Assembly (NCBI GenBank): GCA_964016885.1
Contig: OZ024741.1
Coordinates: forward strand, 285,014,001-285,078,000
Origin: Eledone cirrhosa
Taxonomy: Eukaryota
Length of the DNA stretch: 64,000 bases
Direction of reading: 5' to 3'
The stretch's first letter is position 1, and every line of letters begins with the position of its first letter. The translations under genes were made by a program, and so were the position numbers. A model generated the notes under the pieces. It did no database searches, was not told the origin of the DNA, and was given only the letters and a program-made list of their open reading frames with translations. Positions 12,604 through 25,275 of this stretch are shown here, in pieces.

Positions 12604-13587
12604 TCGAAATATAACAAAGGAATATAATAGACAAGATCCATGGGACTGAAAATCAGAGACATGAGGCCGACCGAACATTTAGCAGCTTCTACCCCTGGTC
12701 GGCCGCCCTCAAGTGGTGATTATTAAGCCTACTTATGTCCATCTGGTGAAGGGGCGTAGGCTTATAGTGTACTACTACACCCCGCCAAAGACACTGGCCA
12801 GCGTTGAGGTCAGGTCACAATCAAGTTGGTCATGCGAGCTAGAAAGTGCCACGAAAAATATTCTATCAAAGAGCATATATTTTTAACAAATCTATATATA
12901 GTAATATATAGTGGGCGTCTGCATGGTATAATGTATGGACAGAAATTACGATTAACGATTAGAAACGTTAAATTTAAGTTTAGAGTTAGAAAATGCCACT
13001 TAAGATGAAATTAGAACAATAAGGTTTAGGTTTGAAGTTGTGAGATTTAGTTAAAGAATTTAAAGAAGGAGGCTTTTATTAAAAAGTTTAAGTGTATTAT
13101 AGATAGTCACGATAAAGTTTCAGGGTAAAATATAGAGTAAAGATTAAGCCCATGCTTAGCGGTCAGTAACCAGCGACGTTGCAGACCCCGGCCAGCCCGG
13201 GGCCCAACGGTGTGTCAGCCGTTCCGAGTATTATCGTCTAGCGAAAGAAATGGAAGTTTATTTTTCCGATCACTCCAGTAATGTAACTGTCTTAAGCGTC
13301 GGGTGTGTTAGTGGGAAGTCCGCCACCGTCCGCCGGCCATCGTGTATACCAAACGATTACTAGTTATTCACACTGGTGGGGGATTTAGTTAAGTGCTAGT
13401 AGAAGGAGGCAAGATAAAGTTAAAAGATATGATTAAGCCTAGAATTTAGAGGTTACTGTTTGGCGGTTAATAACCGGTGGCGCGGCAGGTTCCAAGTCCG
13501 ACAGGGTCCCAGGGCGAAGCAGCCGTTCCGAGTATTTACGTTTACCGAAAGAAGGTTATTGACCGCTAAATTATATAAAGTTTATAA

Positions 13588-13713
13588 AGTATTACCGGTT
13601 CGATGTATTTTTAAAAATTCATCTTATCAAATGTTGAGTATTGAAATTAAAAATACTCAATACTCAACATTTGATAAGATGAATTTTAACAATACATCGA
13701 AACCGGTAATACT
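13588..13713. repeat. Palindrome with U3-A8 hammerhead-like motif
   Basis: Arms of about 55 bp. TTGATAA-GATG..CATC-GAAA-CCGG-TA at 13671-13708; stem I is weak. Confidence 0.7.
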
Positions 13714-13865
13714 GTATATACATTATATACATTATAAGACTTTTTTTTTAAAGAATTGTCCCTCTCATTTTTTCAATAATGTCACTTTGACGAATCAAAG
13801 AAAGGATAAAAAAAAGAGAAAAACAGAGCCTAAATTATATTTTCTGTGCTATTTCCAACTTCACC

Positions 13866-13927
<62 letters not shown>

Positions 13928-14199
13928 GTAGAAAGATAGATACACACACATACACACCACACACACATATACATTCATTCAATTTTCTGATGAAGTCCGA
14001 TGAAGGACTGGCATCTAAGACTTTTCTTTTCCTACTGTATCAAGCATAAAATTTATATCTTTCTACATTGTACTGTGTCGTTTGCTTTGTTATTTCTGTT
14101 TGCCTTATATATATTGACAGTCGATCGACTTTCATCAAATCGGACCGAGGAAACAATGTTTCCGTTAGTCTTTCCAATTGCTAATCCTATCTATCAGTC

Positions 14200-14300
14200 G
14201 TAACTCCAGGTAGAAGGAGCAATGTGAAATAAAGTGTCTTGCTCAAGTACATAGCGCATAGACCGGTCCAGGAATCAAACTCACAACCTCACGATTGCGA
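14200..14300 (-). mobile_element. tRNA-derived SINE family B fragment
   Basis: gagcaatgtgaaataaagtgtcttgctcaag is the inverse of the core at 43740-43770. Related pieces at about 15025-15230 and 41600-41740. Confidence 0.6.
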
Positions 14301-14734
14301 ATCCAATTCTCAAGGTAGACTTTGCTTCTAATCGCATTTCTAGACTACTGAACCCGGCACGTACGGAGATGGGGCTAGTCAGTAAGGCTATACTTGGGAA
14401 TATAGTTAAGACTATTAGGACTAAGTTTAAGCTGCCCCAGTGGGAGAACAGTGACTCTGTCATTAATTTTTTTTACCTCTTTCAGCTCCAAAAGAGCGAA
14501 GTTCACTCAATTCAACATTGTGGATTTTTACCCGTTGATCTCGGTGACCCTGTTGAACAAAGCGTTGAACTTTGCCATGATTTAGACAGGGAGATCATTT
14601 CCCAATGCCGGAAAACCCTCCTCTTCAACAATGGAGTAGCCTGGACAAAGAAGTCAACTACTTCAAAACTCTTCGACGTCTCAATGGGATCATTCGATAG
14701 TGCTAATGTATGCGACTTGGTTGGCTTATTCTAG
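14301..14734 (+). mobile_element. Penelope-like RT fragment (Naiad-like)
   Basis: RLLNPARTEMGLVSKAIL..QWENSDSV..CRKTLLFNNGVAWTKK..FDVSMGSFDSANVCDLVGLF. Confidence 0.75.
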
Positions 14735-15989
14735 ATATCTCACGTACTAGATTCCCGGACTCTGTCAATACGTCTTCGACTGTCCACATCTACATTTTAT
14801 ATCATAGAGTAGAATGTTACACTGTTTATCATGAGGTAGCCTGGTATTTTTGAATATATTTTGATTTATCCTATCTTCATATTTTCGTTTATATTTTTAT
14901 TTATATTTAATTTGTAAAATACTTCATTACGTACACTCCTCTTTGTTTATTACTGAATTCATTCTGATATTTCTATTGAAGCGCTGAGCCAAGCAACTTC
15001 AGTGAATTAATTATAAATCCAACGAAGGCGTGCGGCTTTCTTTTTAAAGAGTTCGGTTCAAAATCGCTAAATGGTAAGTTCAATTCCCGGACTAGGTGAC
15101 GCTAAATTTTACGTGAATGGTGCATATGTCTATGAAATTTTCAGCCACTTGCAAATTAATTTCATGCGTAGACAGTTCTAGTGACTGAATCAGCTGGAAC
15201 ACTCGTCATTGAAAACTACGGAGATCTAACAACAACAGAAACGTAGGTGTAAGTATATTGGAAATATGTTTCATCTTTAAACATGAGTATAATAGCTTAG
15301 ATGATTAGAAATCATTCACGAATCTATCTAACTTGTAAGTAGACTGTGTTTTGTGCTTAGATATTCTCCACGTTGATCTAGTGCCTACTCCCTCATGACA
15401 ACTTTGAACTCAAATCGAACAGAGCCAGAACTAATACCACAATAATAATTTTGCCAATATACAACCCTTTAAAAATAGTTTATTACATAGGCTGAAGGCC
15501 ATAAGTTATTTGTAACGGGAATGGGGTCAACGATATAGATCTCAATACTCAACTAGTACTATATATTATCGACTCTGGCGGGATGAAATGATTTAAAATC
15601 AGAAATTAATTAGCCTGATTAAATACTGCAAGGTACGATGTGTAATCAAATATGTAATATCTGATGAACTGAATTTATTATAGTAAGTTCTCTGCCACGT
15701 GTCTGCCTCCAGGGCAACTCTTTCTCATTTCTGTCCGCTACGGGCACGAGGTGGCTTGCTTCTGGTGTTCTGCATACCAGAGAACGTTCACCCACTCTAT
15801 CCGGGCTTGAATTATTGCTGATGTCTAGATACTTTGACACAACTACACACACATGCGCGCGTGTGTGTGCGTGTGTGTATTGGCTGTCAGATGTAGACAA
15901 AGCAAAAAGAAACCTAGTATTTTCATTTATTACTATATTTACTAAAAGTAAATATAGTACATGCAGTACATGCTATTGATGAAACGACG

Positions 15990-16790
15990 GGGAATTGATG
16001 CTATTCGCTGCATTCCATACACTGATGATGTAGTATTGTTCGGTAGCAAATTAAATGAAGCCGAGGAATTTCTCAGTGTCAGTAGCACATGTAAAAGATT
16101 TTGGCTAACAATATCATTATAGAAGACGAAATCACACGTGTTCAACAACAATAAGCTAGCGGAGGAGGAGTCACTTATCAGCATGGATGCAAATGTGATA
16201 GAGAATGTGAAATAATTTATTTATTTGGGAAAGATGATTTCTAGTGATTTGAAAAGCAATTTCCTAAGGCTGCAAATACCAAAAACAGTAGCTAAGTTTA
16301 ATGACTTGAGAACAATACTAACAGACAAGAATGTTAATATGAACACAAGAAGGAAGTTACTCGAAACATGCGTGAGATATTGTCTGACATATGGAGTAAA
16401 ATCTTGGCTTCCAAAAGAAATCAAAATACGAAAAATAGAAGGGTGCTGGATTCAGTTTCAGAGAGACATGATTATTGAGGATTGGAACAGGGTCAATAGC
16501 AATGAAGTTGAATGCAATTTTGTATTCATGAACATAGAAATACGAAATATTGTCAAGACTTCCCTCCTACAAGTTCAAGTATAACGGAAATATATGTCAA
16601 GCAGAACACACACAACGAAACAATATTTCGTCACATCAACCAGAAAATATTATCAGGATTCATGGTTGAAGTATTGACGTATGCAAAAATACTAAACCGA
16701 ATTGTTGACGAAGCAAAGAAGGTAACACAATAAGCTAGTCAATGAAATAATTTTTCCTTAAAGATTCAAAGAAGTTGATGGAGGATCTCT
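15990..16790 (+). mobile_element. Decayed LINE RT C-terminal fragment (RTE/L2-like)
   Basis: YTDDVVLF, FIYLGKMIS and RKLLETCVRYCLTYGVKSW motifs. Confidence 0.7.
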
Positions 16791-16811
16791 CGGAACGGAA
16801 ATATATATATA

Positions 16812-16992
16812 AATTGTTTCTACTTTAGGCACAAGGCCAGCAATTAACCCAGTACATTACTGGTACTTTATTTTATCGACCCCGTAAGGATGAAAGGCAA
16901 AGTCAACCTCGGCGGGATTTGAACTCAGATCGTAAAGGGACGTAACTATGCTGTAAAGCATGGCGTCCAACCCTCCACCGATACTGCCAATA
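16812..16992 (-). mobile_element. Family A SINE
   Basis: Reverse complement of the family sequence. Confidence 0.9.
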
Positions 16993-17098
16993 CAATATAG
17001 TAGGAATTGAATATTCCGATAAGTCTAATTAGAATAGCATTTCTAGATATTGTTAAACTCACAATAACCCCTTATACATTTCCGTCGTTGCGATAACA

Positions 17099-17189
17099 GA
17101 AGTCTGATGAGCTTTTGATTCTAGGGTCAGTCCCGATCGATATAGATCGAAACTTGATCTGATTAATTGCGAAACGCGCACCACACTTC
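17099..17189 (+). ncRNA. Degenerate hammerhead motif
   Basis: GAAGT-CTGATGA-GC..GC-GAAA-CGCG-CA..ACTTC, followed by AATAAA. Confidence 0.5.
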
Positions 17190-17229
17190 AATAAATGTAA
17201 TAAAAATTTGACACCTCGTCCATATTATA

Positions 17230-20200
17230 TTTTCAAGGACCAGCAGCTACGGACGGTGACTTACCGCACCGTAAACAAAATCTCACATCGGGTGGAGAGA
17301 GAGCCACGGAGGCTCAAATCCAAAAGACCTTGGGGTGCGTCTGGGCACGCACAACCCGAGGCAGAAAGTACGCCACAGTAGACGTACTTTTCGCCAGCCC
17401 CCAAGAAGCGAAGTCTCACTCTTTGGAAACCCTAAAGAGTGATGAGATAGTCTTGGTGCCCTCCTACTGCGGGCAGAAAATTGTGAGGGCCAAAGTGACC
17501 CAGGTCCCCCCCCCCCCGACGTGCCCTTACCTTGGCTGGCCGTGTCTGTCCTTGCTGGAATCGAGGACAGGACGACCATGCTGCAAGTAGAGAAAATAGG
17601 GAGAGAGAACTGGTCAGGTATAGGCATGCAAATGCTTATACAAACTGACCAGGAATGTATCGACGCTATCCCCGATATCATAGACATCGAGGAAGGACTC
17701 CAACTCCCTATAAGCGTAGAAGGAAGACGGCCAAAATGTTATCTCTGTGGGTCGAAGGGTCACCTCAGGGCCTTTTGCCCGCAGAAGACAGTGAAGAAGA
17801 AGGCCCCTCTCCTTCCAATACCTGGTCCGCTGCTACCAAGAACAGGGCAGGCAACAAACGCAGAAGCCCATTCCACGGTGAGTAGGAGAGCATCGTCCGT
17901 GGCACCCGTACCAAGGCCACAGACAACTAAAGAATCAGCATCAGTGGCGACAACACCAATAGCTACATTTGAAGTAGCTGCACCAGCAACAAAATTGCCG
18001 GAGAGGGCTCCACTACCACCACGAACAGCTGTGGAGCACATACCCCTCCCAGACGTCACGGAATCCAACATGGAGTTTGAGGCGGGAGTGAAGTGGCAAA
18101 CGGTCTGCCACAAAAAACAAAAAACAAAAAAAACCTTTAGATTCACCCTCCAAAAGCGAAGGCACACAAATAGGGGTAAAAGCAGCAAGGAAACTTGCAG
18201 CAACACCACCACCATCATCATCACCACCACAAGCACCACCGCCAACAACAACCACACCACCACCAGCATCACCAAAAACACCAACAACGCAAACAAAACA
18301 AAACACACACACCAAACAGCAACAAGAAGAAAACAGCAATAAAATCACCCCTCCCCCCAAAAAGTACACAGCCATAAACATGGCAAAAAAAGAACTCATA
18401 CAATATATAAAGCAGCACACAGACATCACAGAAAAAAACTACTACACCCCACCAACACCAAGAACTCTCCCGACAAACATAAGCATCATTGAAATCACAA
18501 TAGAACAGTACAAACCTTTAAAACAAAAATTCCCCAACACAGTTGGAGACTTCAGAGGGTCGGTTACCAAGAGGATATACACTGACATCCTCTTGGAAAC
18601 ACCCATGACCAGCCAAAGGGACGGATCTACTGTCCCTTCACCACACAATCAAGGTAAGTGACCCTTTCTCACTTGCCCCGTTTCTCATCCAACATGGCCG
18701 TACTCAGAAGAGGCAGTATAAATGCACGTGGCCTGGGGTCATCTTGGAAGCAGGGTCACCTGCTCAACGACCTCAGGTCACTAAACATAGATGTGGTGGC
18801 CATCAGCGAGACCAGAATCTCCGAAGCACAAGCCTTCACACCGATCTTCGGCGGCTACGATGTATATGCATCTCCCAGCCGTCCAGGATCGGTGGGAGGG
18901 GTTGCCGTCCTTTTTCGGAGAGACTAGGATCTCGCCATACGCGCCATCTTCCTAGACCCAGAAGGTAAGTCGGTGGTGCTGGACGTGACCGGCAGCGAAG
19001 GTAATGCCTTCAGGCTAGTAGCCGTAACGCCCCAACAGGGGCAGGACGGCAGATTTCTTCAGACGTTTAGAGAACTTTCGTGGAACGTCCCGCTCTTTAG
19101 TGTTAATGGGCGACTGGAAGGGTATCTTGGATGCACGCTGGGATTGTGTGGGGCTAGTGGATAGGGGAGGAGGGTGCAAGAGCCTCACCAACCTGTTCAG
19201 ACGTTTTGAACTGTCTGACAGGTATCGACTGGATCACCCGAATGTGCCAATGTGGACATGGACAAACCGTATCGGGTCATCCAGATCGTATCTCGATAGG
19301 GTATTCTGCAGAGAACTAGATAAGGCTAGTATAAGTTGTCCACAATTTAAAATATTCGACTACACAGACCACAAATTTGTGATCTGTGAGATCGACATAG
19401 ACAGACTTCATACACCAGAGCCCGGTTACTGGAAGCTGAACGCGTCTTTCCCGGCGCGCAAAGCCTACAGAGACCATTTTAGCGTATTAGTTAATTGGGC
19501 GTTGACGGGAGCGGTCGTCAACAACAGGTGGTGGTTCGCCCTGAAAAGGGACATTAAAGTAGAGTCGATTAGGTTTAGCAAATGACTAGTGATAGAGGAA
19601 AATAGAGTAGAGGGAGAGCTAGTCAGAAACTAGAACAGGCGTTTAGGGACAGGCATCGCAACCGACGTGCTTGCGGCGAGAGTGGCACTCGACCAATTCT
19701 TCAACGCAAAACACGAAGGCTGCGTTGTCAGAGCTAGAGCGCGTGCTCTGAAACACGAGGGGACAAAAGCCGTCCAATGGGCCTGGGTGGCAGAGGCGCG
19801 ACGTGGCAACAAAGCCACAATTCGGTCTTTGTCTGACCAAAACGGGTGCGTGTTGCTCGAACCTGAGCAGATGTGTGAAGCTTTTCAGCAGCACTTTGCT
19901 GAACTGTTCGGGAGCAGCGGCGGGCCGGATCGGAGCATGGAGTTCAGTGCATACCTCGACGGACTGCCTCGGCTCTCGACGACCGCAGCACAGTGTTGCG
20001 AAAAGCCAATAACAGCCGGTGATATACGGGAAGCGATGGCTAACTGCACGATGGGTAAATCGCCAGGTTTGGATGGTCTGCCCTACGAGCTTTATGCATT
20101 TATGTCAGACTTGTTCGGTGACCTCTTGGCAGACGTCTACTGCAACTGGCAACAGAACGGGAGCATTCCCAATTTTGTGAGCCGGGGAGCGGTGGCGCTG

Positions 20201-22365
20201 CTGAGAAAAGACCCGAACAAGGGGGATGTTATCGATAATTTCAGGCCCATAACCCTGCTAAACGCAGAGTTCAAGATTTTGGCCAAGGTGTTAGCAACGA
20301 GGTTGGCGCTTGTCGTCAAGGGTCTGGTGGGAGAGGCGCAGACATGCGCCATTCCGAACAGATCCATACACGACAACCTCCACCTCATGCGATACATCAT
20401 AGAGAGGGTGGTTAAGGAACCTGGCACGGGTGGGGACCTGATCAACTTGGATCAATCCAAAGCATTCGATAGGGTCGACCATCGATACCTGGCGGCGGTC
20501 CTCGAGGCAGCCGGTTTCGGGCTCGTTTTCAGGGGTTGGATCGCTGCGATGTACAGCGACATCTGCTCAGTTGTGAGGGTAAACGGTCACCTGTCGCAGC
20601 CGTTCAGCATCATGCGCTCAGTCCGCCAGGGTTGTCCCCTCTCGTCCCTCTTGTATGTATTGGCTCTCGAGCCGTTACTGCACAAACTGGGGGCAATGAG
20701 GGGCGTCCCACGCGAACTAGGATGCGGGAAATCCGAGCCGGCTTACGCCTACGACATCGCCATGGTGGTGTCGAGTACCAGACACGTCCACATGCTCGGC
20801 ACCGCTCTCAAGGAATATGAAGCGGTGACAGGAGCGAAGATAAACCAGGAAAGCCGGTGGGCTCGCAGCTCGGCACCTGGAGAGGTAAGTCCATGCCGTC
20901 CGACAGCGTCGTGGGGCGTTGGACGGACGGACCGGTTAAATTGCTCGGGGTCTGGTTCGGACCGGACCTGCTGATGGAGAAAAACTGGAACGAGGTGACG
21001 AGCAAGGTGGCCTCCCTCACCCAGAAATGGGCCGAGAGGAAGCTGTCCCTGAAAGGCCGGGCGGAGGTGGCGAATGCGTACATCGTATACGTCATCTGCT
21101 ACCGCCTCACCGTCGTCCCTTGCCCCGGTTCAACTCTCACCAAAATGGAGCGCCTCCTCTTCCGCTTTTTGTGGAAGGGACGCGTTCCCATGGGCATGCT
21201 ATGGCTGATGATGTGCAAACATGTGCTGAGGCTGCGACATCTCTGGTGCTTCCTTGACGGTGAACAGGTGTGGTCGCCGTTCGCCAGGCACGTTTTCCTA
21301 CAGCTCGTCTCCTTGACGGAGCTGCAGTCCTGGGTCAGAAAAAGACCGAGGGATAGCGCTTGGAAACTGGAATGTCTCCAGGCGCTCACTGCCCTCTGCC
21401 AGCTGGGCACCAGTATCGGTGGAACATCCACCTCGGCGTTCTATAGAGGACTAGTGGAGGGGATGAGTGATGACATTCTCGGAGAGATCCTGGGCGTCGA
21501 AGAAGATCAGCTGTTTGCTCTCTTCCGGAGAACTTTCAGCCCAGGGCCTATGGATAACTTCCCAAAATCCCTGGCCTGGCAGTGCTACCGGGGAGCGCTG
21601 CCGGTTCGAGATAAGCTCTACAGGCGCGGAAGTGCCGTCAGCCGAGCCTGTCCGAGATGCGCGCAGAGGAACGAAACCGTCGTGCACGCATCAGTGCCCG
21701 AGCATTACTGACTTGTGCAGTTATGTCGAACAGTTGCTGTCGCGTGTAGGACTGATCCGGTTATCGACTGAGTCCATTGTGCAGATGGTCTCACCGTCTT
21801 CCTTCGAGGAGGAAGGGCAGGCGGTTTTCATCTTCCTGGCGACCATGGCGAAAGAGATTGTGTGGTGGACAAGGTTGAAAGGGTTAAAGACAGACACTTT
21901 CCTCTTCGGCGAATCCCTAATTAACTTTTTCAAGTTTCACTTGAAGAGGAAAATCAGGGTGGAGAGGCAAGTGCTGCCTTCTAGCAAGTTTGTTGAAAGG
22001 TGGGTGAATGTAGCGAGAATGGTCCGAGTGAATGGGACCACTCTGAATATACGTCTGTAGTTTGAGAAATGGAAAAATTGAGAGAGGGCGCTTGCCCTTG
22101 TGGTCAGGGTGGCCGTGGTCTTTTGTGTGGTTTTCGCCACGAGTAACTCTCGGAGGTTTCCCCCCTATTGGGGAATTTTTCATTGTTTCAATTTTCATTT
22201 TTATTGTTTATATATATATATATGTTTCTATCTCTTTTTTTTCTTTTCTTATATAAATAATAAAAATATTTACACGCACAAAACCCACATCGTACCGTCC
22301 TGTACCGTCCTGTGCCGTCTGTAATGTTTTTCTTGATGTCAGCCCTTGTGGCCAATAAAGAAATC
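17230..22365 (+). mobile_element. Tx1-clade LINE, 5'-truncated, near-complete ORF1/ORF2 with frameshifts
   Basis: ORF1 CCHC knuckle CYLCGSKGHLRAFCP. ORF2 starts at ATG 18694: APE endonuclease (SINARGL, AISET, SYLDRV, TDHKFV, GYWKLN), RT (KSPGLDGL, FRPITLLN, LDQSKAFDRVDH, VRQGCPLS), C-terminal CPRC..H..C. AATAAA then (ATT)n tail. Confidence 0.95.
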
Positions 22366-22399
22366 ATTATTATTATTATTATTATTATTAGTATTATTG

Positions 22400-22637
22400 A
22401 GGGCCGTGGATTGGCAGTATCGGTAGAGTGTCAGATGCCATGCTTTGCAGCATAGAGTTACGGCCCTTTATGATCTGAATTCAAATCCCGCCGAGGTTAA
22501 CTTTGCCTTTCATCCTTACGTTGTAGATAAAATAAAGTACCAGTTACACGCTGGAGTCGATTTAATCGACTTTCCCCTATCCTTCAAATTGCTGGCCTTG
22601 TGCCTATATAAGAAACCATTATTATTATTATTATTAT
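22400..22637 (+). mobile_element. Family A SINE (long variant) directly after the Tx1 (ATT)n tail
   Basis: Head, core and ATT tail present. Confidence 0.9.
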
Positions 22638-22649
22638 GATTCAGTCTTT

Positions 22650-24390
22650 CAAGATGTGGGGCTAGTAGTTAGGGGAGGAGGGTGTAAAAGCCTCACCAAC
22701 CTGCTCAGACGTTTTGAACTGTCTGAGAGGTATCGACTAGATTATCCGAATGTGCCAATGTGGGCATGGGCAAACCGCATCGGGTCATCCAGATCGTATT
22801 TAGATAGGGTATTCTGTATGGACACAGATAAGGCTAGTGTAGGTTTCCACAATTTAAAGTAGTCGACTTAGATAGACTCCATCGGCAAGGGCCCGGTTAC
22901 TGAAAGCTGAACGCGACGTTCCCGGCGCGCAAAGTATACAGAGACCGGATTGGCGAATTAGTTAAGTGTGCGTTGACGGGTCGATCGTCAACAACTGGTG
23001 GTGGTTTACCCTGAAAAAGGCAATTAGAGTAGAATCGATAAGGTTTAGAAAAGGAGTATGGATAGGGGAAAATAGAGAAGAGGGAGAGCTAGAAGAGGCG
23101 TTTAGGACAGGCATTGCAAACGACGTGCTTGCGGCGAGATTGGCACTCGACCAATCCTTCAACGCAAAGCACGAAGGCTGCGTTGTGAGAGTTAGCGCGC
23201 GTTCTCTGAGACAGGAGGGGACGAAAGCCGTTCAATGGGCCCGTGTGGCTAAGGCGCGACCTGGCAACAAAGCCACAATTCGGTCTTTGCCTGACCAAAA
23301 CGGGCGCATGTTGCTCGAACCCGAGCAGATGTGTGAGGCTTTTCAGCAACACTTTGCTCAACTTTTCTGGAGCAGCGGCGGGCCGGATCGGAGTATGGAC
23401 ATCGGTGTATATCTCGACGGACTGCTGCGGCTCTCGACGACTGCAGCGCAGTGTTGCGAAAAGCCGATATCAGCAGGTGAAATACGGGAAGTAATGTCTG
23501 ACTGGACGAGGAGTAAATCGCCAGGTTTAGATGGTCTGCCCTACGAGCTTTATGCGTACATGCCAGACTTGTTCGGCGACCTGTTGGCAGACGTCTACTG
23601 CCACTGGTAGCAGAGCGGGAGCATTTACAGTTTTGTGAGCCGGGGAGCGATGACGCTGCTGAGAAAAAACCCGAACAAGTGGGACGTCATAGACAACTTC
23701 AGGCTCATAACTCAGCTAAACGAAGAGTTCAACATTTTGGCCAAGGTATTAGCACCGAGATTGGAACTTGTCGTCGGTGATCTGGTGGGAGAGCCATTCC
23801 GGATAGATCTATCCACGACAACCACCTCATCATGTGATACATCATAGAGAGGGTGGTTAAGGAATCTGAGACGGGTGGAGCCTTGATCAACTTGGATCAA
23901 TCTAAATCATTTGATAGGGTCGACCATCGGTACCTGGCGGCGTTCCTCGAAGCGGCTGGCTTCGAGCCCGTTTTCAGGAGTTGGATCGCAGTGATGCACA
24001 GCGCCATCTACTCGGTTGTGAGGGTGAACCTCACCTGTCGCAGCCGTTCAGTGAAAGTGGCGAGTCTGGTCTGGGTGAACGGGCCCGCTCTGAGTATGCG
24101 CCTGTAGACTGAGGAGTGGGAGAACTGAGAGAGGGCGCTTGCCCTGGTGGTCAGGGTGGCCGTGGCCTTTTGTGTGGTTTTCGCCTCAAGTGACCCTCGG
24201 AGTTTTCTCCCCTATTGGGGAATTTTATTGTTTGAAATTTTTTATTTGTTTTTACATATTTCTATGTTTTATTTTGTTATAACCTTTTTTACACGGCCAA
24301 AACCCACTCGTATTGTACCGTCTTGTACCGTTCTATGCCGCCTGTAATGTTTTTCTTCGTGTTAACCTTTGTGGCCAATAAAGAAACCAT
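22650..24390 (+). mobile_element. Tx1-clade LINE, 5'-truncated, internal deletion near 24050
   Basis: Paralogous to 19140-20605 and 22020-22365; ends tgtggccaataaagaaaccatcatcatt. Confidence 0.9.
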
Positions 24391-24427
24391 CATCATCATT
24401 ATTATTATTATCAATATCCCTCTCTCT

Positions 24428-24496
<69 letters not shown>

Positions 24497-24497
<1 letters not shown>

Positions 24498-25275
24498 AAG
24501 TATGTACACGTACATACATTTATGTATACAGACGTACAGTAGTATGTATATATATATACATACATGCACACATATATATATGTACGTATGGATTCACCGA
24601 ACATTTATTATAATGCTCGGTGTGTTTGTAAACAAACATCCCGTATTAAGCCGTAGTGTCCAGCAATCATCGTTGCTCGTTTGTTCAACACTGACAAAGG
24701 AACGCTGTACTAGTTTCAAGCTTATTAGCTATCATCAGCAACGTATACCTTCCTGCCAGATTGTTGAACGTATATACTTACCTTATGCATATTAACGGCT
24801 GAGTAGCCCAATTTGCATATCGAGTGGGTTAAACGGCCGGGTGCACCGAAAATGATAAAGGGAAAAAATGAAACGAAATTTCATTTCCCACTCTTAGTAC
24901 GGCTGTTACTTAAATATAAGTATGTATACGTACATACATATATGTATACAGACGTACAGTAGTATGTATATATATACATACATGCACACATATATATATG
25001 TACGTATGGATTTGTCAGTATTGAACAAACGAGCAACGATGGTTGCTGGACACTACGGCTTAATACGGGATGTTTGTTTACAAACACACCGAGCATTATA
25101 ATAAATGTTCGGTGAACCCATACGTACATATATATATATGTGTGCATGTATGTATATATATATACATACTACTGTACGTCTGTATACATATATGTATGTA
25201 CGAGCACATACTTATATTTAAGTAACAGCCGTACTAAGAGTGGGAAATGAAATTTCGTTTCATTTTTTCCCTTTA
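24497..25275. repeat. Overlapping inverted repeats (PLE pLTR-like) between (TA)n tracts
   Basis: 24497-24697 is the inverse of 25011-25217; 24855-25010 is the inverse of 25119-25275. Same family at 62470-62870. Confidence 0.85.
24703..24743 (-). ncRNA. Minimal type I hammerhead ribozyme, intact core
   Basis: Minus strand: CGTTG-CTGATGA-TAGCT AATA AGCTT-GAAA-CTAG-TA-CAGCG. Confidence 0.8.

Noticed and set aside
19667-20974. 435-aa RT ORF as a functional gene or active LINE
   Set aside because: Upstream stops and frameshifts, YADD mutated to YAYD, and a frameshift at about 20850.
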